In this document: positions 13,714-23,499 of the stretch, piece by piece | Position numbering within the stretch: the stretch's first letter is position 1 | Layout of the letters: every line of letters begins with the position of its first letter | Virus record (IMG/VR): IMGVR_UViG_3300037851_001237 | Coordinates: 1 to 27,611 of that record | DNA length: 27,611 nucleotides | Origin: a virus | Lineage: Duplodnaviria > Caudoviricetes | Direction: 5' to 3' (one strand) | The notes under the pieces: generated by a model | What the model was told of the DNA's origin: nothing | What the model saw: the letters and a program-made list of their open reading frames with translations, nothing else | Databases searched by the model: none | Program-made: the position numbers and the translations under genes

Positions 13714-16700
13714 ATGGCCGGCCAAACCATCGAAACCGGCGTCCTGATCAAGGCGCGCGTAGAGGGCCAGGGGCAAATCTCCGGTCTCTCCGCCGAGGTG
13801 GAGAATCTGGCCGGCGTCTCCGATGAAGCCGCCGCGGCGGCCGGACCGCTCGCCCGCGAACTTCAGCAGCTCGCCAAACAGCAGGCCGCCCAGGCCGCCC
13901 TGGTCGCCGTCTCCGAGGCGGCCGATCAAGTCGCCAAGGCCCTGGCCAACGCCGAACAGGCCCAGGCCGACCTATCCCAAAAGTTCGCCGCGGCGGAATC
14001 CGCCCTGGCCGATGCCGAGCAGGGGTATCGCGCCAGTTTCGACGCCGTGGTCCGTCTGGCGGAAGAGCAGACCGCCCTTAAGACCGCCCTCGCCGGGGCC
14101 TCCGGCGAACTGGACGCCGCGGCCGACGCCCTCAAGGCGGCCAAGGCGGAGATGTCGCGGCTGGAACAGGCCGCCTCCGCCAATGGATCGGCCCTCGGCA
14201 AGGCGCGCCAGTCCGCCGCCGATTACGCCGATGACATCCAGGCCACCAAAAACCAGATCGCGGAACTGCGGGCGGAGTTCGCCCGCCAGCTCGATGCGGT
14301 CAACAAGCTGGGAACCCGCCAGCAGACCTTCGCCACCGAAACCCGCAACCTGGAGTCCGCCTATGCCGAGGCCCAGGGGGCCGTGGCGGAGTACCGGGGC
14401 GAAATGGACGCGCTTCAGGCCGCGTACCGGTCGGACAAGTCAAAGATTAAGGAGGCCATTGAGGCGGAGCGCGCCAAACTGGGCGAGGCGAAGGATGCCG
14501 CGGCCGGCTATGCGTCCGAGGTCAAGGCGTTGCAGGCCGCCTATCGGGCCGATAAGAGCGACGCCAACGCCCAGGCCTTGGAAGCGATGCGGGCGAAGTT
14601 GGCCGGGGCCAAACAGGAGACGGCCAGCTACGGCGGGGAGATCAAGCGGCTCCAGGAGGCCTATCGGGCCGATCCCTCCGAGGAGTACACCCAGGCGCTG
14701 GAGGCGACGCGCGCCAAGCTGACGCAGGCGGAGCAGGCGGAGGCCGAATACGCCAAGCAGCTCAATCTCACCGGCGTCGCCTCGGCGGAGAACCAGCGCC
14801 AGACCGATGCCGCCTGGAAGGGGCTGGCCAAGACTCAAGACGCCATCACCGAGGCCGAATCCAAGCTCCAGGATTACCGGGGCGAGATGGGGCGCTCCAA
14901 CGACGCCGCCCGCCAGCTCGAAAAATCGGAGCGGGAGCTGGCCGCGGCCATCGACCAGGCCGGAAACGAGGTAAAGAGCGCCGGCGCGGCCTACGACCAG
15001 GCCCAAGCAAAACAGGCTGGGTTGAAGGCGGCGGTGCAGACCACCGGCAAGGCGATCGAGCAGGCGAATGCCGATCTCTCCCGGCAGGGAGCGGCGGTTA
15101 AGGAGGCGACATCCGAGTACGGACGGGCCGAAACCGCCCTCAAACTACAGACCGATCGCACGGCGGAACTGGGGACCAAATCCGCCTCCCTCGCCGGGGA
15201 GCTGGACAAGGTCCGAAACCGCGCCAAGGCGGCGGGGCTGGATACCGAGAACCTCACCCGCAACAGCGTCAACCTCTCCGGGCGGCTGGCGGAGCTGAAG
15301 CAGCGCATCGCCGATACCTCTGCCCAGCACCAGCAAGCGGCGCAAAAGGCCAAGGAGAACGCCGAGGCCCAGCGCCAGGCCGGACGGGGCGCCCAGGAGG
15401 CGGCCGGCGGGTTCGACTCCCTGAAGCAGGCGGGGGGGCTGGCGGCCATCGCGATGGTCGCCAAACAGATGTTCGACGCCGCCACCTCCGCCGAAACCCT
15501 CTCCCGCGGCTTGACCGCCGCCACCGGATCGGCCGAGGCGGGGGCGGATGCGCTCCAGTTCGTGCGCGCCGAGGCGCAGCGGCTGGGGGTGGGCATCGAT
15601 GAGGCGGGACGGGCCTATGTGGGGCTGGCCGCCGCCGCGCGGGGGGCGGGCGTCTCTACCGAAGACACGCGCCAAATCTTCTCCGCCGTGGCGGGGGCGA
15701 TGGGGGCGCTTGGCAAATCGACCGCCGATACCGAGGGGGCGCTACAGGCCGTTGGCCAGATGCTCTCCAAGGGCACGGTATCCGCCGAGGAGCTGCGCGG
15801 GCAGCTGGGCGAACGGCTACCGGGGGCGATGAGCGCGGCTGCCAGGGCGGCGGGTGTGACGGAGGCGGAGTTCTCCAAGATGCTGGAGTCCGGGCAAATA
15901 CTCGCCAAGGACTTCCTGCCCAAGTTCGCCGAAGAGCTGCAAAAGATGGGCGGCGGGACGGGGGAGATCAAAGGGCTATCCGCTGAGTTCACCCGGTTGA
16001 TGAACACGGTCACCGCCGCCTTCGCCGCCTTGGGCAACGCGGGTGGCGGGGAGGCCGCCACCGAAGTATTCAGAAACCTCCGGGAGGCCGTCGCTGGGTT
16101 AGGGGTGGGGCTGGCTGGGGTAACGGGCTACGCCAAGGCCACCATTGATTCAATGGGCGTGCTGGCGGCGGCGCTGGCAACCGGCAACTGGGCGGATGCG
16201 CCACAGGCGCTGCGGGATGAATTCGAGCAGGCGGCGGAACAGGTCCGGGATGCCGCCGATTCGCTCTATGGGTTGAACGACGCGGGCAAGGGCGCGGCCT
16301 CCGGGCTGAAGGAGACCGCCACGGCGGCGGAGAAGGCGGCGGACGCCTCCCAAAAGACCGCCGCGGCCATCACCACGGTGGATGCGGCGATCAAATCCGC
16401 AGCCGAACAGAACAAGACGCTGGGCGAGTCGAACCTGGCCGCCGCCGAAGCGGCCCAGCGGGTGGCGGATGCCAGCGGCAACGAGGCGGCGGCCCTCGCC
16501 GCGGCGGTGGAGGTGGCCCAGCGCAAGACCGATCTCGCGGTGTTGCAGGCCGATGCCGAAGAGGCCCAGCTGACCACCGCCAGACAGAGGCTGGAGGCGC
16601 TGCAAGCGGAGGCCAAGGCGGTGGGCGGTTTGACCCCCGAACTGGCCAAGAAAATCGAAGCGGCGGCCAAGGATGTGCAGGCGATGGAGGCCCAACTGGA

Positions 16701-18852
16701 GGCGTCGGATAGGCTGCTCGAATCTCAGCGTGATCAGGAGCTGCGGGCGAAGGTCGCCGCCGAGATGTATGGCGACCAGTCCAACCGGGTCAAACAACTC
16801 GCCGCCGAATACCAGGCGGCGCAGCAGCGGCTGAAGGAGTTGAACGCGGCCCAGGAGCTGGGGGCCAGCGTCGCCAAGCGCCGGGCCGATGCCGAGGCGG
16901 AGCTGGCCCAGGTGGAGGACCGGCTGGAGGGGCTGACCATCCTGCTCAAGGCCGGGCAGGAGAACGTCCGCGAGGAGCACGAGCGGCTGTCGCTGAGCGC
17001 GATTCAGCTCCGCGACAAGCTGAAGGAGTTGGAGGCCCAGGAGCTGGCAGGGAAGGAGGCTACACAACAGGTGGCGGATGCCACCGAGGCGGCCAAGGAG
17101 GCCAAGTTGCGCTATGCCGACGCGCTCCAGGATGTCATCAAGGCCCTGGAGCTGGAACGCGCCCAGCAGCAGCGGGATCACGATCTCAATATGCAGATCG
17201 TCGAAGGCAAGAAGGCGCAGCAGGAACAGGTCAAGAAGCTGGCGGAGGCGCGCCAGGATGAGGTAACGGCGTCGCGGGCGGCCTACGAAATCGCGCGGCT
17301 GGAGGCCGATCAGGCGCGGATTACGGCGGCGGACAAGGAGAAGGAGGCGCGCAATGCCCTCGATGCGGCCCGGCGGATCAAGGAGGCGCTGATTCTTCAG
17401 GCGGGCGGGGTCAAGAACCTCACCGCCGAACAGAAAGATCAAATCGCCGCGGCGGAACATGCGGCGAAGATGGCGCGGGAGGAGTCCTACGCCCTCAACG
17501 ATGCGGCCAGGGCGGCTAAGCAGATGGCGTCCGATGTTTGGCGGGCGGCCACCAGCAATGACGAGCTTGCGGATTCCGCCAAGCGGGCGGCCGATGAGGC
17601 GGCTCGCCTCGCCGAGGAACAGGCCAAGCTGGCGGATCAACAGCGCCGGGCGGCGCAGGCGGCGCGGGTGGAGGTCACCTCCCTGGACGACCTGGCCCGG
17701 CGCTGGGGCATCGTGGCCGATGGCTTGGGGGAGTATGCCGAGGCGGCGGCCAAGGCGACCCAGGCGGATTATCTGGAGGCCCAGCGGCTGGAGGCCCTGG
17801 TGGGCGGCGGCGGGTTTTTGGAGCAATACAACAAGCTGCTGGTGGAGACCGCCGCGGCGATGCGCCGGGCGGCGCAGGCCGGGGAGGAGTGGCATCCGGG
17901 CGGCGGGCTCCGGGAGGCTGTCGCCCTCACCGATGAGCTGGCGGCCGCTACCGAGAGCGCGGCGGAGCGGCTGGCGCGGGTGACGGCCGAGGCGGAAGCG
18001 GCGCATCAGGGGTTCGTGGCGCGGTCGGAGGCGATCCGAAAGGAGTTCGAGGCCACTTCGAAGGCGGTTGAGGAGCGCGGCCAGGCCAGCGCGGCGGCCT
18101 ACGCGGCGACGGCCCAAGAAAGTATCGATGCGGCGGCGGCGGCGCTGGCGGATGCCGGCGGGGCCTCCGAGCGGGCGCTCGGCTGGGCGGATTCGCTGCT
18201 GCGGCGCTATGCGGACCTCGACGGGGTGAACCTGTCGAACCTCTCCCAGGCGTTGGAGCGGGTGCGTCAGCAGCAAATGGCGTTGCTGGAGTCGGCGAAG
18301 GCGACGCGGGAGGCGTTGCAAGATCAACTTGACGAGATGGACGGCAACCAGGCCGCCATCGAGGAGCGGCGCTATGCCGGCCAGGTGGCGGATCTGGAGG
18401 CGCAACTGGCGGAGGCCAAGCGGGCCGGGCAGCGGGAGGCGGAGACGGAGCTGAAGGCGTCGCTGAAGCTGGCGGAGGAGTTTCATAAACGGACTATCGA
18501 CCGGATCAAGGCCGATGCCGACCAGGCCAAGACGAATGCCGAGGCGGCCCGACAAGAGGCGGCGCGGCGGGAGGAGGAGACGATTCAGGCGGCCAGGGAG
18601 TCGGCGACGGCGGTTGACCGGACGCTTGGAGTGGCGGATTCGCGAACCCGCGCCACCGATGTAGCGCGGGAGACGATCCGGCCGGCCGCGGCGGTGACGC
18701 CGGAGCGGGTAGCGGCGGCGCCGGCGAAGGTAGTGGAGATCAAGTTTGTCGCGCCGGGCGGGGGGCAGTCGGTATCCCTCTGGGGCGATGGCGATGGGGC
18801 GGCGGATGGGCTGCTGCGGATTCTAGAGCTGAGCGGGGCGGTGATGCGATGA
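13714..18852 (+). CDS. Tail tape measure protein, 1712 aa
   Basis: Ala/Glu/Gln/Lys-rich coiled coil; tape-measure domain ...ALQAVGQMLSKGTVSAEELRGQLGERLPGA... Confidence 0.95.
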   Translation: MAGQTIETGVLIKARVEGQGQISGLSAEVENLAGVSDEAAAAAGPLARELQQLAKQQAAQAALVAVSEAADQVAKALANAEQAQADLSQKFAAAESALADAEQGYRASFDAVVRLAEEQTALKTALAGASGELDAAADALKAAKAEMSRLEQAASANGSALGKARQSAADYADDIQATKNQIAELRAEFARQLDAVNKLGTRQQTFATETRNLESAYAEAQGAVAEYRGEMDALQAAYRSDKSKIKEAIEAERAKLGEAKDAAAGYASEVKALQAAYRADKSDANAQALEAMRAKLAGAKQETASYGGEIKRLQEAYRADPSEEYTQALEATRAKLTQAEQAEAEYAKQLNLTGVASAENQRQTDAAWKGLAKTQDAITEAESKLQDYRGEMGRSNDAARQLEKSERELAAAIDQAGNEVKSAGAAYDQAQAKQAGLKAAVQTTGKAIEQANADLSRQGAAVKEATSEYGRAETALKLQTDRTAELGTKSASLAGELDKVRNRAKAAGLDTENLTRNSVNLSGRLAELKQRIADTSAQHQQAAQKAKENAEAQRQAGRGAQEAAGGFDSLKQAGGLAAIAMVAKQMFDAATSAETLSRGLTAATGSAEAGADALQFVRAEAQRLGVGIDEAGRAYVGLAAAARGAGVSTEDTRQIFSAVAGAMGALGKSTADTEGALQAVGQMLSKGTVSAEELRGQLGERLPGAMSAAARAAGVTEAEFSKMLESGQILAKDFLPKFAEELQKMGGGTGEIKGLSAEFTRLMNTVTAAFAALGNAGGGEAATEVFRNLREAVAGLGVGLAGVTGYAKATIDSMGVLAAALATGNWADAPQALRDEFEQAAEQVRDAADSLYGLNDAGKGAASGLKETATAAEKAADASQKTAAAITTVDAAIKSAAEQNKTLGESNLAAAEAAQRVADASGNEAAALAAAVEVAQRKTDLAVLQADAEEAQLTTARQRLEALQAEAKAVGGLTPELAKKIEAAAKDVQAMEAQLEASDRLLESQRDQELRAKVAAEMYGDQSNRVKQLAAEYQAAQQRLKELNAAQELGASVAKRRADAEAELAQVEDRLEGLTILLKAGQENVREEHERLSLSAIQLRDKLKELEAQELAGKEATQQVADATEAAKEAKLRYADALQDVIKALELERAQQQRDHDLNMQIVEGKKAQQEQVKKLAEARQDEVTASRAAYEIARLEADQARITAADKEKEARNALDAARRIKEALILQAGGVKNLTAEQKDQIAAAEHAAKMAREESYALNDAARAAKQMASDVWRAATSNDELADSAKRAADEAARLAEEQAKLADQQRRAAQAARVEVTSLDDLARRWGIVADGLGEYAEAAAKATQADYLEAQRLEALVGGGGFLEQYNKLLVETAAAMRRAAQAGEEWHPGGGLREAVALTDELAAATESAAERLARVTAEAEAAHQGFVARSEAIRKEFEATSKAVEERGQASAAAYAATAQESIDAAAAALADAGGASERALGWADSLLRRYADLDGVNLSNLSQALERVRQQQMALLESAKATREALQDQLDEMDGNQAAIEERRYAGQVADLEAQLAEAKRAGQREAETELKASLKLAEEFHKRTIDRIKADADQAKTNAEAARQEAARREEETIQAARESATAVDRTLGVADSRTRATDVARETIRPAAAVTPERVAAAPAKVVEIKFVAPGGGQSVSLWGDGDGAADGLLRILELSGAVMR

Positions 18853-19001
18853 GTCGGCCGAATGAAGTTTTGACCACGGAACACACGGAAAAGACGGAAG
18901 GGCGGATGCCAAAAGGGCGATCCGCCAAGCTCCAATCGGATTTGTTTTCCTCTACTTCCGTGTCTTCCGTGTGTTCCGTGGACGACTCTTTAGGGCGGTG
19001 A
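18849..19001 (+). repeat. MITE-like element with 9-bp-periodic inverted arms, open as a 50-aa ORF
   Basis: Arms CCACGGAACACACGGAAAAGACGGAAG (18874-18900) and CTTCCGTGTCTTCCGTGTGTTCCGTGG (18955-18981), 25/27 complementary; ORF MSRPNEVLTTEHTEKTEG...SVSSVCSVDDSLGR starts at the ATGA overlap with the tape-measure stop. Confidence 0.8.
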
Positions 19002-19005
19002 TGCG

Positions 19006-19218
19006 ATGAATCAGCCGAATGAAGATTTGACCACGGACCGCACGGAAGACACGGAAAAGACGGAAATCGCCCGGTTGCGTCGCATCGTCCAGGAGCAGGA
19101 GGAGGAGCTGTCCAACCTATCCAGCCGCCTGGCGCGCGTGGAGGGGGCGCTGCGCACCGATGCCGGTTTCGCGGCGCGGCTCACTGAACCGCTGCCCCGC
19201 TCGCTGGTGCGCCGCTGA
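19006..19218 (+). CDS. Small coiled-coil protein with repeat-derived N-terminus, 70 aa
   Basis: LTTDRTEDTEKTE from the repeat arm, then EIARLRRIVQEQEEELSNLSSRLARVEGAL; TGATG coupling. Confidence 0.55.
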   Translation: MNQPNEDLTTDRTEDTEKTEIARLRRIVQEQEEELSNLSSRLARVEGALRTDAGFAARLTEPLPRSLVRR

Positions 19219-19598
19219 TGGCTATCACCCTCGACACCCTCACCCTGCCCGCCGATCTGGCCTGGCCCGACGAGTGGTCCTGGTCGCCGGTGGCCCAATC
19301 CGCCGAGTACGGGGTGGAAGGGGCGCTGGTGGTGGAGTCGTCCGCCAAGCTGGCGGGACGCGAGATCACCCTGGAGTCGCCGCCGGATCAGGCGGTGGTG
19401 ACGCGGGCGACGCTGGATACGCTGCGCTCCTGGGCCGCCGCGGCGGGGAAGGAGATGACCCTGACCCTGCGCGGGACGCCGCGCACGGTGCTGTTCGACC
19501 ACGCCCGCGTTGCGCTGGAGGCAACGCCGTTGCAATCCTGGTGCGATCCGCCGGCGGATGCGCTGTACACCGTGAAGCTACGTTTTATTCAGGTTTAA
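19218..19598 (+). CDS. Tail protein following tape measure (distal-tail-like)
   Basis: ITL..L.LP.DL.W.DE..WSPVAQS......GALVV......AGR.ITL motif; synteny. Confidence 0.8.
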   Translation: MAITLDTLTLPADLAWPDEWSWSPVAQSAEYGVEGALVVESSAKLAGREITLESPPDQAVVTRATLDTLRSWAAAAGKEMTLTLRGTPRTVLFDHARVALEATPLQSWCDPPADALYTVKLRFIQV

Positions 19599-19608
19599 GA
19601 GGTTTTCA

Positions 19609-22600
19609 ATGCCGATCACGGACCAAGACATTCGTTTGATGGCCTCCTCGGGCCTGGACGATTCCGAGTACGGCGGCGGGCCGATGTCGCCCAACGAGGT
19701 GATGGACGGGGTTTCCAATAACCTGTTCCCCGACATCTCGGAGCTGGACCGGACGATGGGCCGGGTGAGCCTGCGCAAGGCGTTCGCGGCGGTGACGGCG
19801 GATAACCGGGAGGCCTATTACGGGTCCGGGGCGATCATCGATCAACTGCCGGAGGATCCGCTGGTGGGCGTGGCCCTGTTCTCCACCCGCGATTGGGACG
19901 ATATGCGGCCGGCGGCGCAGTCGCGGCTGGAGGCCTATCTGGCGCGGGGGCCGAAATTCGAGGCCTATTTCTATGACTGGCACACCGCCGGGCAGAAGGC
20001 GGCGCTGCTGCTGGCCCATCCGGCGATCGAGATGCCGGCGGTGGGGGAGACGCTGGTGATCCTCTACGACGGCGGCCTGGTCACGCAAGAGGAACAGTTC
20101 GTCCGCGTCCTCGCCAGCGAGTCGGTGGTGCGCGACTTCGTGGAACAGGGGGGGACGGCGTTCCAGCAGCAGGTCATCACCCTCACCCTGTCGGACCCGC
20201 TGGAGCGGGACATCAACGGCGGTTCGCCTTCGCTTTATGGGGAGCGCGGGCAGACCCACAGCATCATGGCCCAGGTCCACAAGACCATCGTGGCGGATGC
20301 GGCGCGCTATTACGGGATGACCCTGCTCACCAGTCCGGCGGCGCTGGGAGACATGGCGGTGCAGGTGGCGGACATCTTCACCAAGATCGTTCCCACCAGC
20401 CAGGCGGAATCCGCCATCGCCGACGCCAAGCCCCACGCCGATAGCGCCCCCCTGGCGGTGTGCGGCGCGCCGGTGACGCTGAGCTGGTACGGGACTTGGG
20501 ACGCCACCCACCCCTTCTATCTGGGCCAGGGCTTTCTGCCCGGTTCGCTCTCGGTGGCGGTGAATGGGGTGACGGTGACCGATCGCGGCGGCAAGCTGCT
20601 GGTGAACGGGGCCGAGGTGGGGGCGGCGGATTACGCCGGCGGGGTGTTGACCCTGACCGCCTCCAGCCTGAGCGGCTCGCACACGGCGGACTTCACCCCG
20701 GCGGCGGCCCCGTCCCGGTCGCCCCGGACCCGGCAGATTCCGGTAACGCCCGAGGGGCGCTCGGGGACCATTTCCACCATCCTGGTTCCGCCGCCGGCGC
20801 CGGGGGGCTGCGCCCTGCACTACATGGCCCAGGGCAAATGGTATGTGTTGCGGGACGACGGGAGCGGTTCCTTGAAGGGGGCGGATACCTCCTTCGGGGC
20901 GGGCTCCATCAACTACTCCTCGGGCTCGCTGGTCTGCACCCTGGGGGCGCTGCCCGACGTGGGGAGCGCGATTCTGTTGGTGTGGGGTTCGGCGGTGACG
21001 GATGTGGACCGCTCCGGCGGTTCCGCGCCGGTGGGGTTGGCGGTGCAAGGCTCGCAGCCCGGCGGCGCGCCGGGCACCTATACCCTGACCTGGTCGGATG
21101 GGACCGCCACCCGGACGGCGACGGATGACGGGGCGGGCAATCTGGAAGGCGACGCGGTCGGCGAGGTGGATTACTCCGCCAACCGGGTGTTGTGGTATCC
21201 CAAGTATCTGCCGGCGGGCGGGGCGGTGTTGACCCTGGCCTATTCCCACGGAACCCCCTTGGCCGCCAGCTTCGCCAGCCCAGGGCGCAACCCGGACGGC
21301 ACGATCACGCTGACCCTGCCGGATACCCAGGTGCTGCCGGGCACGGTGAAGGTGAGTTGGACGGTGTCCCATGCCCCCTACGGTTCGCGCCAGTTGACGG
21401 CGCGGGATGACGGCGTGGGCGGGCTGGTGGGCGTTGCCGGGGCGGTGGTGAACTACGCCGCGGGCACGGTCACCTTCCAGCCGGATGCGTCGCGGGAGGT
21501 GCGGACGCCGGTGATCGAGTACGCCAATCGCACCGCCCAGGGGGACGGCGGGCCGGTGGAGTACATCGAACAGAACGTGGTGTCCTACACCGCCCAGAAC
21601 CTGCTGTTCACCCTCTCCGGCACGGTGGGAGTCGCCTATCGGGTGTCGGATGGGCCGCAGGCGGCCAGCGATACCGCGACCATTTCCTATCTGGAGGCGG
21701 ACCTGACCCCGGAGTTCGCGGAGGCGATCGTGTCCGGTTCCGCCCGCTTGAACTACGGCGGGGAGGTGCTGGTGGAGCGCTATGGGCGGCTGGATATGGA
21801 TATCGACCACGCCACCGGGGCCGGGACCCAGGCCGGGACCCTGGATCGGGCCACCGGGTTGGCGCGCCTGACCCAGTGGACGCCGGGGGCGCAGACCACG
21901 GGCTATGCCGAGGTGGCCTCGCTGTTGACTTCGTTGGGGGTGTCGCCGGTGGATGCGGTGACGGCGCGCACGGCGGCCGCGCCGATCCGCCCCGGTTCGT
22001 TCCTGCTGGTGTACCAGATGGAGGGCGATCCGGAGATCTACACGGCGCAGTCCACCACCGGGGGGGAGATTTCCGGCGACTTCGTGCGCGGCTGGATCGA
22101 TAGCGAGACCGGGGTCTGGTCGGTGCGGTTCGGGGAGTGGGTGACGCCCGCTGGACACGAAGCGGAGCCTTGGTACGACGCCGATTTGATCGAGCCGGAC
22201 GGCAAGATTCGGAGCCCGATGCAGGCGGTGGGCGATTCGCTGCGCTATACGGCGGTGGCCTACTCCTATTTGCCGTTGGATGCCTCGATTCTTGGCCTCA
22301 ATCCGGTCAGATTGCCATCCGATGGGCGGGTGCCGATTCTGCGGCCGGGGGATGTCGCCGTGGTCCACCACGAGGCGACCATTACCGTGGCGACGCCGGC
22401 GGATGATCAGGTGATCGACTGCGGCCGGGTGCGCCTGGCGCGGGTGGAGGTGCGGGACGGCGACGGGGCGAAGGTGGCCACGGCGAAGTGGTCGGCGGAT
22501 TTGGACGCGGGGCTGGTGACGCTGTTGGACGTGGCGGGGCTGCCCATCCCCTGGACGGTAACGCACCGGGTGGAGGATATGGCCCTGGTGAGCGATGCGC

Positions 22601-23136
22601 AGATCTCGGGCCAGGTGACCTTCACCCGGCCCTTGTCGCACGACTTCCCGGCGGGGTCGGGCTGTTCCTCGGAGCTGCTGTTCGGGGATTTGCAGGCCCG
22701 CGTTACGCCCCCCTTCGACCAGCAGACCTGGACCGGGGTCTGGTCGGATACCCTGATCGGCAACGCGACGGGCACGGCCAGCTTCAACCATGCGGTTTAT
22801 CCGATCACGACCACGGATCGGGGGGCGGCGCAGCAGCGGTGGATGCTGCTATTCACCTCGCCGACGATGGTGCGGATCGTGGGGGAGACGGCGGGCGTGG
22901 TCGGGGAGATGCCCATCGCCGACGAGATCGGCCCCCTGAACCCGGCCACTGGAGCGCCCTATTTCGTGGTCGATCCGTTGGGGTGGGGGACGGGGTGGTC
23001 CACCGGGAACCTGCTGCGGTTCAACACCGTGGCGGCGAATTACCCGGTGTGGGTGGCCAGGACGGTGCAGCAGGGGCCGGCTTATGCCGGGAGTGATTCT
23101 TTCAGGTTGCAGGTTAGGGGGGATGTCGATGCGTAA
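19609..23136 (+). CDS. Large tail tip/baseplate protein, 1175 aa
   Basis: DI.L.AS..L.D...GGG......V.DG.SNNLFPDISELDRT.GRVSLRK.F N-terminus; YLPLDA.ILGLNPVRLPSDGRVPI; repeated DDG.G...G.V.Y..G modules. Confidence 0.85.
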   Translation: MPITDQDIRLMASSGLDDSEYGGGPMSPNEVMDGVSNNLFPDISELDRTMGRVSLRKAFAAVTADNREAYYGSGAIIDQLPEDPLVGVALFSTRDWDDMRPAAQSRLEAYLARGPKFEAYFYDWHTAGQKAALLLAHPAIEMPAVGETLVILYDGGLVTQEEQFVRVLASESVVRDFVEQGGTAFQQQVITLTLSDPLERDINGGSPSLYGERGQTHSIMAQVHKTIVADAARYYGMTLLTSPAALGDMAVQVADIFTKIVPTSQAESAIADAKPHADSAPLAVCGAPVTLSWYGTWDATHPFYLGQGFLPGSLSVAVNGVTVTDRGGKLLVNGAEVGAADYAGGVLTLTASSLSGSHTADFTPAAAPSRSPRTRQIPVTPEGRSGTISTILVPPPAPGGCALHYMAQGKWYVLRDDGSGSLKGADTSFGAGSINYSSGSLVCTLGALPDVGSAILLVWGSAVTDVDRSGGSAPVGLAVQGSQPGGAPGTYTLTWSDGTATRTATDDGAGNLEGDAVGEVDYSANRVLWYPKYLPAGGAVLTLAYSHGTPLAASFASPGRNPDGTITLTLPDTQVLPGTVKVSWTVSHAPYGSRQLTARDDGVGGLVGVAGAVVNYAAGTVTFQPDASREVRTPVIEYANRTAQGDGGPVEYIEQNVVSYTAQNLLFTLSGTVGVAYRVSDGPQAASDTATISYLEADLTPEFAEAIVSGSARLNYGGEVLVERYGRLDMDIDHATGAGTQAGTLDRATGLARLTQWTPGAQTTGYAEVASLLTSLGVSPVDAVTARTAAAPIRPGSFLLVYQMEGDPEIYTAQSTTGGEISGDFVRGWIDSETGVWSVRFGEWVTPAGHEAEPWYDADLIEPDGKIRSPMQAVGDSLRYTAVAYSYLPLDASILGLNPVRLPSDGRVPILRPGDVAVVHHEATITVATPADDQVIDCGRVRLARVEVRDGDGAKVATAKWSADLDAGLVTLLDVAGLPIPWTVTHRVEDMALVSDAQISGQVTFTRPLSHDFPAGSGCSSELLFGDLQARVTPPFDQQTWTGVWSDTLIGNATGTASFNHAVYPITTTDRGAAQQRWMLLFTSPTMVRIVGETAGVVGEMPIADEIGPLNPATGAPYFVVDPLGWGTGWSTGNLLRFNTVAANYPVWVARTVQQGPAYAGSDSFRLQVRGDVDA

Positions 23137-23497
23137 GCTGGACGAAGAGCTGACCACGGAATACACGGAAGACACGGAAAAGATGGAAAAGACGGAAGGC
23201 GAATCCCCCTGCTCTCGTTCCCACGCCTGTCGCGAGCCGGCCGGAGTGTCGGCCGGAGTGTCGGCCGGAGTGTCGGCCTCCAGGCCGACACCCAGCCGCG
23301 AAAGCGGCTTGTTCTCCGCCGGTGGGTGGCGGATGTGTCGCCCTGGAGGGCGACACTCCCGGCTCCAGGCCGTGCCCCCGCGCCATGCCCTCGATACCGT
23401 AAAAGCAGACATCCTTTCCTCTTCTTCCGTGTCTTCCGTGTCTTCCGTGGTTCCCTCTTCGTCCGCGTCTTCAGCGGCAACTCCACCTGGAGCCTAA
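23129..23497 (+). repeat. Composite repeat insertion (MITE-like arms enclosing a REP fragment, 12-bp tandem and REP doublet), open as a 122-aa ORF
   Basis: Arms 23153-23199 and 23424-23451; CTCGTTCCCACGC (23214-23226); (GGCCGGAGTGTC)x3 (23239-23274); GGAGTGTCGGCCTCCAGGCCGAC ... GTCGCCCTGGAGGGCGACACTCC. Confidence 0.8.
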
Positions 23498-23499
23498 AA

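Noticed and set aside
16150-18555. 801-aa minus-strand ORF
   Set aside because: Antisense shadow of the tape measure (Leu/Arg/Gly-rich mirror of Ala/Glu/Gln codons)
18874-19066. ACACGGAA repeats, and the 12-bp tandem at 23239-23274, as possible CRISPR arrays
   Set aside because: Contiguous short tandems and inverted arms without unique spacers of constant length
19606-22791. 1061-aa minus-strand ORF
   Set aside because: Antisense shadow of the 1175-aa tail gene; Arg/His/Gly/Pro-rich composition typical of high-GC reverse frames
23326-23499. N-terminal extension of the 436-aa track ORF
   Set aside because: Derived from repeat arms (FRVFRVFRG); the family-like N-terminus and an SD point to ATG 23500
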